Source: a virus. From it: a stretch of DNA of 64,000 nt. The number at the start of each line of letters is the position of its first letter. The first letter of the stretch is position 1. Positions 1 through 12,300 of this stretch are shown here, in pieces. The position numbers were made by a program, and so were the translations under genes. The stretch covers positions 1-64,000 of IMG/VR virus record IMGVR_UViG_3300020391_000005; one strand, written 5' to 3'. The notes beneath the pieces were generated by a model, which saw only the letters and a program-made list of their open reading frames with translations, was not told the origin of the DNA and ran no database searches.

Positions 1-23
1 AAAATGAAAGAGAAGTCTTTATA

Positions 24-311
24 ATGTGGGAAGTATTTTGTATTCTTAGTTTTTTGATAAATATATTTTTAGCACTTTATATTAGATGGTTACTGAAATA
101 CGTGGCATCAAATGCTGAGGATGTAAAAAGTTTGTCTATTATGATTGCTAGCTTTTCAGATCATATATCGAAAATATATGAATTAGAGATGTTCTATGGA
201 GATGAAACTTTAAAATCTTTAATGCAGCATGCCAAAGAAGTAATAGAGTCTATAGAGGAAATGGATTTAATAATAGAAAATGATGAAACAGACACAGAAA
301 AAATTGTTTAA
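24..311 (+). CDS. Hypothetical protein with N-terminal transmembrane helix
   Basis: 95-aa ORF; hydrophobic N-terminus (VFCILSFLINIFLALYI); TAATG overlap with a truncated upstream ORF. Confidence 0.7.
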   Translation: MWEVFCILSFLINIFLALYIRWLLKYVASNAEDVKSLSIMIASFSDHISKIYELEMFYGDETLKSLMQHAKEVIESIEEMDLIIENDETDTEKIV

Positions 312-1005
312 AAAACCTAGAAAAAAAAGAACAAAAAACAATTACTTTACAAAAGTTCATGAGGAAGCGATTGTTAAATATGCTAATACTTCCTGTATTA
401 AGGAAAGAACAGAATTGTATTCATCATTAATACAACCGGCATTTAATGAAATGGTTAATAAAATTATTTTCACATATAAATTTAATAATCTTCCCAATAT
501 TGACCCACTCAGAGAAGATTGTAAAATTTGGCTTACAACAATTTTAGATAAATATGATCCGAATAAAGGATCAAAAGCGTTTTCTTATTTTTCTGTTGTT
601 ACAAAAAACTGGTTTATACATAAAACGAAAAAGAATACAAAAAGAATGAAGAAAGAAGTTTCTTATGAAACTCTTGTTGAAAGTGGAGGCCCAGATATAT
701 TGGGAACATCAGATGATCACAGCTTATCATATACTTCACAAAGAGAAGAGATGGAATTTTGGAACTCGCTGCTAACTCAAGTAGATCGTTGGGATACAGG
801 AAATTTAAAAAATAATGAAAAGGCAGTCCTAGATGCTGTTAGAATTTTGCTTCACAATATAGAAGATATAGAAATATTTAATAAAAAAGCTGTATATCTA
901 TATTTAAGAGAGTTGACCGGACTTAACACCAAACAAGTTGTTAATAATTTGAACAAAATAAGAGAAAAATATAGAACTTTTAAATACAAATGGGATAGAG
1001 AATAA
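280..1005 (+). CDS. Phage RNA polymerase sigma factor (T4 gp55-like late sigma)
   Basis: Sigma region-2-like motif LDKYDPNKGSKAFSYFSVVTKNWFI; C-terminal HTH-like LRELTGLNTKQVVNNLNKIR. Confidence 0.75.
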   Translation: MMKQTQKKLFKKPRKKRTKNNYFTKVHEEAIVKYANTSCIKERTELYSSLIQPAFNEMVNKIIFTYKFNNLPNIDPLREDCKIWLTTILDKYDPNKGSKAFSYFSVVTKNWFIHKTKKNTKRMKKEVSYETLVESGGPDILGTSDDHSLSYTSQREEMEFWNSLLTQVDRWDTGNLKNNEKAVLDAVRILLHNIEDIEIFNKKAVYLYLRELTGLNTKQVVNNLNKIREKYRTFKYKWDRE

Positions 1006-1021
1006 ATAAAAAATATTTATT

Positions 1022-1032
1022 TCTATTTATTA
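1022..1032 (+). promoter_or_regulatory. Putative late promoter motif (CTATTTATTA)
   Basis: Copy of the recurring (A)CTANTTA intergenic motif, immediately upstream of ATG 1034. Confidence 0.5.
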
Positions 1033-1033
1033 T

Positions 1034-1336
1034 ATGAGTAAAAAACTAAATGATTTTATTGAAAAAGCCACAAATAATATAATTGATGATAGAGCAGCAA
1101 CACAAGCTTTGCTTGTTACTCTTATGAAATATATGCAAGTTTCTGAAGATAGACACAAAGAGGTTGGATTAGTTGCTGCAAAATATCTTGAAACTTTACA
1201 AAGATCAAATGAACAATTAGTAAAGCTAGCAGCTTTGGTGCAAAAAAATCAAACATCTAATCAGGGAATTACAGAAGAAGACAAAAAAGACTTATTTGAT
1301 TTAATTAGTTCTGATCCTGGAGACACGAATGGTTAA
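1034..1336 (+). CDS. Hypothetical helical protein
   Basis: 100-aa ORF in operon context. Confidence 0.75.
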   Translation: MSKKLNDFIEKATNNIIDDRAATQALLVTLMKYMQVSEDRHKEVGLVAAKYLETLQRSNEQLVKLAALVQKNQTSNQGITEEDKKDLFDLISSDPGDTNG

Positions 1337-2135
1337 ATATGTAGACAAAGATATAGATCAACTAGCTTTTGGTACACCTGGTAACTCTCCGGTGCAAACA
1401 CCAGCTGATTCCATGTCGGCAACTGACTTTTTTGATCAAGTTTTAGCAAGTCAGAAACATACTGAAAAAGAAATAAACAAAAAACATAAAGAATATAAAT
1501 TTCCTGGCTTAGTGCTAGATGCAACTAAAATAACAGCAGAGGATCTTCGACTTAGAACTTCACAAGATTTTTATAATTATATATCTAGAGGTAATAATTT
1601 AGAAGAGGGTGTCATAGAGTACAGAGTTCACATAAAAGAGTTAACCAGTTATCTACCAGTTCCTACTTTAACAGATTTAAATTTATATCATACTAGAGGT
1701 ACGGGAGCCGAACAATTAACAGAACAAGAAATATCTGATGCAAAAAAATATGGCGTTTCCCTTACTGAACAGCCAGCAGATGATCAAACTGCAAGAAGGA
1801 TAAAAAGATTTCCATGTTTTTACAAAAGTGTTAAGGATGGCGGCAAGGTAGACTTCATGTTCACTTGCAAGGTTAAATTTTTAGATCAAAATAGAATGTT
1901 TTATGGTGTAATGGAATCTATAGATAAACAAATAGAGATACTATCTATAGGTAAAGAATTAGTTGATAGTATAAATCGATCAGCCGCAGCCGAGAAGAGG
2001 AATGAGATATCTAGGGCAAAACGTCTAGCAACTAGGACTCCGGAACAAATAAAGAAAGATGAAGAGGCCGCCGCGGAGTTGCGAAAACTATTAAATCAAG
2101 TTCCTAGTCTACCAAGTACAGAGGGAAATAATTAA
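1329..2135 (+). CDS. Hypothetical protein (baseplate region)
   Basis: 268-aa ORF with GGAG RBS; overlaps the previous stop. Confidence 0.75.
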   Translation: MVKYVDKDIDQLAFGTPGNSPVQTPADSMSATDFFDQVLASQKHTEKEINKKHKEYKFPGLVLDATKITAEDLRLRTSQDFYNYISRGNNLEEGVIEYRVHIKELTSYLPVPTLTDLNLYHTRGTGAEQLTEQEISDAKKYGVSLTEQPADDQTARRIKRFPCFYKSVKDGGKVDFMFTCKVKFLDQNRMFYGVMESIDKQIEILSIGKELVDSINRSAAAEKRNEISRAKRLATRTPEQIKKDEEAAAELRKLLNQVPSLPSTEGNN

Positions 2136-2138
2136 ACA

Positions 2139-3383
2139 ATGTCACACAATGATTATAACTGGGGGAATCCAATCTCAGCGGATGGCGATGAAGATGGCAC
2201 CGACGCGGGTAGCTCTGAGCAAAACCAAGAACAAAACCAACAACAAAACCAAGAACAAAACCAAGAACAAAACCAAGAACAGGAAGAATTCCAGGAACCT
2301 AACCCTCCTCCTTTAAGAGACTTTGTTAAAATAGAATCCGGCAAATCTCATGTATTTTGGCCACCCTTTGAGACAGGGCAAAATGGGGAAAATGAATCTG
2401 CTTTAAGTGAACCAATACCTGAATATTTTGCTCGCACTGGAGATTGTATTATAAATGCTGGAACCATGAAGCAAGGTGTAGATAATAATACCATGATTAT
2501 ATTGGGTCGCGACAGAACAGGTATTGGAGAAAAAGACACAATATTAACAGATAAAAATTCAAAATCAGGATACTCTAATTATATGGGAGCCGGACAAATT
2601 GACCTTGTTGCTGGGAGAATGGCTCCATTCCCTGTAGAACTACCAGGTTACTCATTAGGGCCTCTATATCTTACGCACCATAATATACCAGAGCTTAAAA
2701 TGCAAGCATTAACAGGCAAAAATCCTACTGATTTTATAACATTTCATCCAGGCTATGCGATGGATGCATCTAGAATACTAATAAGTCAAATGACTAATAT
2801 TGACGAAAATTTTGCCATAGATCGTAATCCAGACGGCCGCAGACCTTACGGGTATGCTCGACGCGGGAAAGACCCCGCTGCTTCAGCTATAATGCTAAAA
2901 TCAGATAAAATTCGCTTTCATTCTCGGCAAGACATAAAAATTGTAACCGGTGGCAATTTAGAAGATATTAATTCACAAGGAAACGAAATATTGAGAGTGG
3001 GTGGGGTTCACTTAATGGCCAATAATTGTAGTTATCCAGCCGGCAGAACTCAACCAATTCCAAAAGGTGGAAATCTTTTAGAAGCAATGAATAAAATGAT
3101 GGACCAGATGTATGAAATTTGTGACATACTGTTTAAATTTATGGAAATAGAACAAAAATTTGCAAAAGTTGTAAAAGATCATGTCCATATATCGCCTGTC
3201 AATGGCAAGCCAACTTCATTTTCTCCGACCGTTGCACCAGGTGCATCTGTGGCCATAAATCAAATTCGAGCAGCTGGAAAGAGAATAGAAGTTGCAGAAA
3301 AAAGAATGAAAAATTTTCAAAATCAATATTTAAGAGCAGGTGGCAATTTTTATGTAAATAGCTACTATAACACAACGAATTAG
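2139..3383 (+). CDS. Baseplate central spike-like protein (gp5/gpV-type C-terminus)
   Basis: Beta-strand run (SAIMLKSDKIRFHSRQDIKIVTG), then a helix and HVH at 3180-3188, matching the metal-binding HxH of spike tips; lies upstream of gp25/gp6. Confidence 0.55.
   Translation: MSHNDYNWGNPISADGDEDGTDAGSSEQNQEQNQQQNQEQNQEQNQEQEEFQEPNPPPLRDFVKIESGKSHVFWPPFETGQNGENESALSEPIPEYFARTGDCIINAGTMKQGVDNNTMIILGRDRTGIGEKDTILTDKNSKSGYSNYMGAGQIDLVAGRMAPFPVELPGYSLGPLYLTHHNIPELKMQALTGKNPTDFITFHPGYAMDASRILISQMTNIDENFAIDRNPDGRRPYGYARRGKDPAASAIMLKSDKIRFHSRQDIKIVTGGNLEDINSQGNEILRVGGVHLMANNCSYPAGRTQPIPKGGNLLEAMNKMMDQMYEICDILFKFMEIEQKFAKVVKDHVHISPVNGKPTSFSPTVAPGASVAINQIRAAGKRIEVAEKRMKNFQNQYLRAGGNFYVNSYYNTTN
2217..2282 (+). 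repeat. 12-bp in-frame tandem repeat (GAACAAAACCAA, about 5.5 copies) encoding EQNQ
   Basis: Read directly: gagcaaaaccaa gaacaaaaccaa caacaaaaccaa gaacaaaaccaa gaacaaaaccaa gaacag. Confidence 0.95.
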
Positions 3384-3396
3384 GTGATAAATAAAT

Positions 3397-6300
3397 ATGC
3401 CAACCATTGCAGATAAAATATTTCTTATTACTCATCAAAATGAGCAAATAACTTTTTTTCCTAGATTTATGCAGCAAAAAGGAAGAGATATCTTATGTGT
3501 AAAAATCGCTCTTGGCCAAGTTATTTCACCGCCCGCAGAGAATAGATCACCTTCAGATTCTACAGTTGGAACACAGTGGTTTGATTGTGATTCGGGTAAA
3601 GAACTAACTATAGATAGTGGAGTAACATTTGACAAAAAATTAAAAAGATATTTAATGTCATATCAGTTACAAAATCAATTTTTAATTTTAAGTTATTATT
3701 TTGAAAAATATTCTGTAGAAAAGCTAAAAACAAAAGAAGATCTTTTAAAGCAAGTGTATGCTTGTATAGCGTTTTTTGATAATGAATTTGGTAATATTAA
3801 TGAGGCAACACTAGCAGTTTTACATGGCTGGCGTCCTGATTCTGTATTTTCTAATAAGTCATACTCTAGCGATGAGGATAATCCTGTTGATCAAGTATCT
3901 GGTTTTTTGTGGCAACTTTGCAAAGACGGAACTATATCTTTTCCAGATGATGCATTAGTAGAAGAAACAATCGAAAAAACACCTGAGCAATTAAATTTGT
4001 GGGAACAAACAAAACGTGATTTTTCAACAAGAAAACAATCATATAGAAATTGGGCTTTAAATATAGAGAGCGAGTATCCAGAAGTATATATTAAGTACAA
4101 AAAAGCAGATGAAGAAAGTTTATTATTTTCAGCATCTAAAAATGTTGCTGAAGCTGCAATAGAAATGCAACAAGATGAAATGACACCACAACAAAAGGTA
4201 GATTTAGCATCCAGAGCTTTTGAACCTAATATGGCTATAGATCCAGATCCCTTTGATATTAATAGTAAAAAAATAGGATATTTTTTAAGAACAGAATATA
4301 CTTTTATAAATTTACCACTTTTTTCTGGAGACGATGATTTCAGAGAACAAACTAAAACTTTAACTGATAGTGCTCTATCTGAAGTGTTAAAATTTTATAA
4401 TAAACCAGTTATATGGGGGTCTTCATTTGAGGATCCAAAAAACGTAAGATTGTATTTTGACAATACAGACTCTATGAATCTTGCCAGTTCTAGTCCAAGA
4501 GTAACTACAAATACGTTTATAGACGAAATGCAGATAAATGAAGATCAATATGATTCTTTATATCAAGATTATGATTCATTAATGAACGAACCTTTAATAA
4601 CTTTTGTAGAATTTAGGAGCCCATCGCTAAGACCTGGTGACGTATACCGAGCATATTTTGAAATAAATAAAGAAAAATTTGATATTATTACGACAGAGTC
4701 TTTTGAAAATAATCAGCAAACTGATTTTTTTATTCCTGATTCTAAAAAAATATTACAAGATTTTAGTGATGAATTAAATACTGTATACTGCGCAGATGAT
4801 GCTCCTTTAACAGAAGAACAAGCTAGGAATCAATATGCTAGATATAGAGCATTTGCATCAAAAAAGAAACTTGAAATATCTCGTCAAATTAGAGCGGCTT
4901 ATATGAAAGCCATTGAGAATGGCCAAGATATAGATGATGTAGAGGTTGATTTAGGTGTTTTTGGTAAAATTAATTTATCAGACGAAGAAATAATCAACAC
5001 AACACTAAATGCCACATTTCTAGGTTTATCAGAAGGTGTAGGGGCACTGCTAAATACTGATTCATTATCGGAAGTAAAGGGTTTAATTCAAGATGATGTG
5101 TCAAATGAGTTAACTTTAACTTTTGAAGAGTTAGAAATAGGATGTAAGGAAATAGCAGAAAATTTAGCAAATGCAGAGCCGGATTTGAAAAATTTTGATA
5201 TTAGAAATCAAAATGGACAAAAATATAATGCAACTGGTGAAGGCAATAAAGTAAAGTCTATACCAAGTATAATTATTATAATGGCTCGTAGGAATGCTGG
5301 TCTAAGGTCAAGTGTAAGAGATAATGACGGGTTTGATGATGTTGAATCTTATTTAAGAGGACCACCCGGACAGTTATTTAAAGGTCCATCACAAAGAACT
5401 AATATAGAATTTAAATTTTTAATAAATAATCAGGGTGATACTGAAATAGAGCATATTAAAGTTTATAATAAAGAATATTCAGAGATAGGAACACATTATA
5501 TATTTAGACAAGGCACCGGAGGGACTCAATTATTATCATCCTTAACAGATTCTAGATCAGTAGAGTATTTGAGAAATATTTATGGTATGACATCTTTAGC
5601 AGATGGTGTTGGGTCTTATATAGGACAAATATTTGATTTGTCAGGTCCGGGCTGTGGCCCTGCAGGTTCACAATTAGGCTTAGGCATGGCTTACGTTAAA
5701 AAATTTACAAAAGATATACAAATTGCGCAAAGTTTTAATTCTTATGTTCCATTGCACCATTGGAAAGAAAATGTTATAAATCAAGCACCTATTAAATCAC
5801 TTGAAAAAACAACAGATGAAATTGGCAGTTATTTTCAGAGACAATTTTCAAAAGAAGCCATTGATACTAATTTGCTTGAAATGACCGGACTTGCCGACGC
5901 AGTACCCTTGATAGGCCCAGATTGCAGTAGAGAATCAATATATCATGATGTGGCTCAAACATTTCAACTTAAAAAACTTATATGTAACTATGCAGCTTGT
6001 TTAAAACTGCCAGATTTTGAATTTAAAACACCAAACTTGAACTGGCCAGATATAGGAGAAATACCAATATTTAAAATTAATTTTGGACTCGATCAGCTAG
6101 ATGACTTTTTACAACAAGTTCTTACTAGAGCAATATGCGCTTTCATAAATGGATTATTGGATATACTTAAAACTCCATTTTGTCAAGAGCAACTCGCTCC
6201 AGCGCTGTATGGAGCTGGATCTGACACTAGCCCAATAATACAAAGAGCACTAGTTGATGGCATTTTAGATATTGGTATTCCAATCGGAAAAATGGAGAAT

Positions 6301-9300
6301 GCAAAGTCTCTTGTAGACAAGCTGTTAAACTTGCTAACTCCAAGAGAAATTTGTGCCCTATTGGAAGGCAAGACCTTAAATGATGAAGTTATATTTTTGA
6401 TATATCGCATAGCCGAACAAGAAAATTTATCAATAGAAATATCCAGCCCTGAATCAGTTATAGAATTTTTTACAACTTTGGGACAGTTTATTGATGAAGA
6501 AGTCTGTGAGCAGCTTAATAAATTTGATGAAACACTAGGAACGTATACTTGTACGTCAGTATCCGATATGCTGAGTGAGATCAGGAAATCAATTATAAAA
6601 GGCAAAGAGGTTAGTGCAGAGCAAATTAATGAAGCTGTTAAACTTGCAAATGATAACTTAATGGACAAAACAAAGGCTTTACAATCTTTAGGGAATGGTG
6701 GATCTTTAGCGGATTTAATACCTGAATTATACGATTTGGATTCTATTGTAAACCAAAACTCTATTCCAGTCACTGCTATGGAAAAGTTAGCAGCTTCATC
6801 CGCGTTTGAAACGGCCCGTTTGAATTTTTTAAATTCAATGAATTCTTTTGTAGACTCGATGTATCTTGAATCACCCAGGGTAGCAGAATATAATGACCCT
6901 GGGTACGACCCAGAGGCAACAAGGATAGTTCAACGCGCTACGGCTAATTTACAAAGATTATCTCATTTTGCAGGTACAAGTTTAGAATCTGTTTTCTCAA
7001 CTATTAGAGAACAAAGCACAACTAATTATTTGAGAAGAACTTTACTTTACTGCTCAGATGATTATAAAACTCAAACTGTCCAGAATTTTTTAGGTGAAGA
7101 TATACAAATTTATACACCTCTACAAATAGAAGATGAAAATCAAGCAGGCGCAACTCCAGACGATCAAAAGGCATATCTATCTGGATCATTAGTTCGTTTA
7201 AATGATATTTTAGCTCAAGCTCCGGACAATGATGAAAATATTTCTGATGTAGTAAATAAACTTGAAAATAGAAGAGTTTTAGAAACTGTGTTTCCTATTG
7301 TTGTTGGAAGTTTTCCAAACCCTGAAGATCTTGTTGGTGAGTCTACCCCACCAGAAAATATTACAACATATAGAGACTTTCTTCGAGATGTATTTATAAA
7401 CCCAGAACCGGACGCTCAAGCTCAAACTGATAACATAGAGCACCTAAATAGAGCGTATGTTGCAAAAATTGTAAGTTTAATAGATATATACAAAAGGCAA
7501 ATAGAGAGCAATATTGACAAAGCTTATAGAATAATATCAGAGCCTGATTTTTTAAAAATATTAAAAGATTTTTATGATACTTCTAAAGAAGTTATTAGAT
7601 TACAAAATAATCAAGAAATAATAAAAGTTACAACAGAGGGAAATACATTAGTAACAAAATTATCAGAACCTTCAGATACGTATCAGACTTCAATAACAAT
7701 GATTGATAAACCAACAGTAGGGGGCTTGGAATATGAAATAACTGTTGATGATGAATTTTTCTTTGGTGGAAACAAAAAGTTTGTAGGCTGCGACACTCTA
7801 CCCGAGCAATACAGTGATTTATTTGATAGTTCGGAAGATATAGTTAATCCAAGAGCAAAATCTTACAGGATATCTATATTGAAAAATTTACAAGATTTGT
7901 ATTCAAAGTATAAACTATCAGGCATGCCTCAGTATTCTCAAATTTTACAAGAGTACCCCTCTATTGAAAATGACTTAGAAAAATTATCCTTTTCCAATAC
8001 TTATGAGGGATCTCTAGAACAGTTAATAAATCTTGTTGGAGACTCAAAACTATTTAGTGATTCTCAATTTGTTAATAGGATGGATGCAAAGCTTCAAAGC
8101 AAATCTTATTACGATCCGCTATCTCTCTGTGTTAAGAATCCAAGAGGTTTACCCTCTTTTGGAATACTCAATTTTGAAAATATCGTTTTTGATATATTTG
8201 AGGAAGAAAGTAAAAAAGAGTCTCTACTTCCGATAAATTCTATTTTATTGCAAGATCCACTAAAACCGGGAGCATATGAAAAAGCTATACAAAATACAGC
8301 TGTTAGGGGATTCGTTAGAATATGTTTGCTAGAAATGGTTATGAAAGGTGCAGTTTCATACTCTGCTTGGGATATAGAGTATATAAAAAATGATAATTTT
8401 TTTAAAGAATATGTATATAGATTTATAAAAAATCAGTTAGAAAATCAAAATCTTTTTTCAAATAATTTACCGGACTTGCACAGATGCCTTGAAAGAATAA
8501 CAGGTAAGAAAAATATTGAAGCCTCATTAAGACAAATAGTGTTAGAAGAATCAGATTTTGTTTTTAAGTATTCAAAAACTTTATATGAAAATAATAAAAA
8601 TATTGATTATAGAATGTGGTTCTTAGAACAATTAGAACATGTTGAAGTTCCATCTAGCAAAGTCCTTGACACTAGCTTATCAAAAAATGTGTGGATAAGT
8701 AATCTTGAAAAATCAGTCCTTCAACAATCAGAAAATAATTTTGTATTTCTAGAAAGGTATATCAGAATATTCGGAGCTTTAAGAGGATCTGGCGCAGACG
8801 CGTCTGGTATTGCTCAAGCTCAATATCAATCTTTTTTGCAAAATTTAGATTCACTAAACACAGCTGTTGACAAAACTGGCTTTAATAGGCTTGGTTTAGA
8901 ATCTTACAATATATCCGACTCTTCTTCTGTTACGATAAGTGAATATGTAGACGATGATGATTTTCCAGACAAAGAATTATTATCAATTTCAGATCTTACA
9001 AAAGTTATCAATTCTCTTTTTGACAATAATTCTGAAATAAATAGGTATTTTCATGACTTAACCAGAAGGATTTATAACCCTGGAAACATACTACATTCAC
9101 TTCCAAGAGCTATAAGTAGACTGCCTGCAAAACTTATAATTAGAAAAAGAAATAGATATGTTTTTTCAACAAATAATGCTTTTAGCGCTCATTTAAGAAA
9201 TGATCCAGATCTAGCTCCATTTACTCAGCGACGATTTGAATCTAATATATACCAGGATCAAGTTGAACCACAACGTTCAGATGGTGAGATTGATCCTTCA

Positions 9301-12300
9301 GTTGGCGGCGCAGCAGGTTTAGGCGCTGAAAAAGCTCAAGCAGATGAAAGGTTCTCGGACGAAGATAGATATTATGTTATTCCAATAGATGGAGCACAGG
9401 GTCTTCCTGAAGCAGAATCCATAAAAGCCGGGGGCCAGTTTTTTACTAACAACCCCAATGAGGATGTAGAAAATTTTGGGTTTGAACCTTCTGCTGCTTT
9501 TTCTGGAAATGAACCTGGACTGATTATGAAAGATGTGGTTTTAGAAGGAGAGAGAAAAAGACCTTTAGATCCGACAGCCAGCTGGCTAAATGTATCAGAT
9601 ACAACTAGCGAACGACCACCCGAAGATGTTATTTTTAAAAGAGTCCCTGTGCCCAGAAATCCAAATTTTACTACCATTCGAAAAGTTTTTGATAATATAT
9701 ACGGACAAGTAAATCAAGAGCAGTTTAATAATATAAGTAATACTAATCAAATTGCAGAAGAGATTTGGGAAGAGTCTGTTATAGACCTTGTAGGTGACGC
9801 AGCTCCAATATTTAATTTTCCTGGTGATTCTAAATTTATTCCTAATGATCACATGTCTACATCAGATAAAAGTAACCTGGGGTATTATCTCGAAACCGCA
9901 AGTAGATATTATAAATCTGGTACCGGTCGCAACCGAGGCGCATGCAACTTTTATAACAGTGAGGACCGTCAAAAAATATTTGAACAAACAAGCTTTGACT
10001 CAGGTAACGTATTTACAGTTCAGGGAGAAGTTGATAGCGAGTACGGCGCGCCATCACCGAATGCAGTAATATCTAGACCCATGGGATTAGAAGACCACCC
10101 TGGGGGTGCAAATGATTTAACTTTTGCCAGTAACAATGTTAGTCTGGGTGCAGTTCCAGGGAGCCCAGATGCTAATTGGAGGGTAAAAGGTGAGCATGAA
10201 TTATTAGGTAGAAATGATTACAAAGTTCCGATTAGAATTTTAATAACACAAATAAAAGAAGCATCAACAGGAAGAATAATGCAGGTTTTTGTAAAATATG
10301 TTATACCTGAATTAATGGATTTTGCAGATACTTCTTTAAATCCTGATCGAGCACGCGCGCTAAAAGATGCTGCTGTAGAATGCTTGCAGGCTTTTAAAAC
10401 ATTTATCGAGAATGGATTCAACGATCTTAAGAACGACCCCGGCAGAAATGGTCAAATTCTTCGCGACGATGGCCACATAGCTAATGCGGAAGACACTACG
10501 CCCGCAGCAGATTTAGGCATGCGCGTAAAAGCTAATGAATCATCTAAACATTTTTGCGTTTATTTAGCCATGGGTAACGACCGTGTTAAAGTTCCTGTTC
10601 TTTTTAGGCAGAAAGGTGCACCAAATTTTGGCGCTTCAAGTGCTCCATCTTTTTGTTCAATATCAAAATTTTATAGCATTGCGGCTCTTAATGAAGCAAA
10701 AGACCAAAAAGGAAATTTTAAGATAGATCAAGCTTCAATTGACAATCACTTTGCAGATCCAGGAAAACTTTTGAGAAATTCAGACTATGATATTAATTCC
10801 TCATATTCAGTTCTTGATGAAGGTAGAGCAGCATTTACACAACACAGTTTTTATGCAGATTCAGTTCGTAACATAATTAAAGTGTCTGGTGTTGATTTTG
10901 ATTCGCAATCTGTTGATGATAATTATGATCCAAAACGTACCCTTGTAAGTATTGGGAACCTAGTAAGTTGGTTTTCTCAAAAAAGAAACGACGCATTTTG
11001 GGGTAGAACGCACAAAACGCAACCTGATAGTCAAGCCATTTTTACTAGGTGTGGACCAAGTCTTTTTTACGGCGATGGCCGCGGCTCAATAAAACAGTTT
11101 TTCGTAGCGGGAAAAGAAGCAATACTTAATTCCATGAGAGACACACCAGCCGATGCTAATATAGCACTAATTGATCATATTCAAAACTTGTACAATCAAG
11201 ATGAAGTTGACAATAAAACGCTGGCCACTAGACTGACGACTGCGATTGCAGATCAAAAACAGGCATTACAATTTTATAGAACATTATTTGAAACTCCAGC
11301 CGGAGAAAGAACCGAAGTAAACAATTCAAATTTTGCTACTCTCGCTCAGGATCCTACATTTGGAAATTTTGATGTTACTCAATTTGGATATGGCAGCGAC
11401 CCTCCAAGAATCAATTATAGCATGGGTCATTTTCTTAACGGTGATGACACCAATTTGATTAGAGTATTTCAGGGTGGTAACTCTAGTGTTAAAAGTATAA
11501 CTTATGAAACTTTACAAAATTTAAACTTTTATAAGATTCATAATTCTGCTAATACTGAAAAATATATGAATACTGCTATGAACATGAGAGCTAGGTACAA
11601 TGCTGGTCTAGAAGAAACTGAAATATTAAATTTTATGGAGCAGATATTAACTTCTTTTTTCATTCAAAATGAAGATGGTGAAAGTGTTATTAAAAATATT
11701 ATTCAGGAGTCAAGCATTAAAATAGGGTTAAGAGCAGTTTTGGCGACTAATGGAGACAATGGAAACCTTGAGTCATTTGTTACAAAGACGTTTAATGAAA
11801 CTTCACAAGTATCTGAAGAAGAGCGAACGGGTCTGGTAAAGATAGGAGAAGATAATGCTTATGAAAACTTACATTGTATTCCAATTGCATCTTTTGAAGC
11901 AGATCTTTTATACCCCTCGTGTTTTAATATTGATAATTTGTCAGGATTAACTGAAGTGGTGGATTCTTTCAAACCGCAACTGATGCAAGGTTTATTGGAT
12001 TCAGATCAATATAAGCAATTTTTTGATTTTTCGATTCCTCAAAAAAGACAAGCATCTGTAATTTCTTTGCATAGTACTTCTTTATTAGCAGGTTATAGTA
12101 CTATGCCTGATGTATTATCTTCTGTTAAGGATTCTTTAGCAGGCACATTTTATTTAGCCTTTCAGACAGACACCACATCTAGCTCCGAACTTAGTTTTGA
12201 TTTATCATCAGCTGATCTTTTAGCAGTAACGGATCAATTTATGACCTCTGATGGTCTTAGAATTGATTGTATGAACTTTCCTGGACTAGGCGATTGGATG

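Noticed and set aside
2217-2282. CRISPR-like repeat array
   Set aside because: 12-bp head-to-tail coding repeat with no spacers; no cas genes in the window
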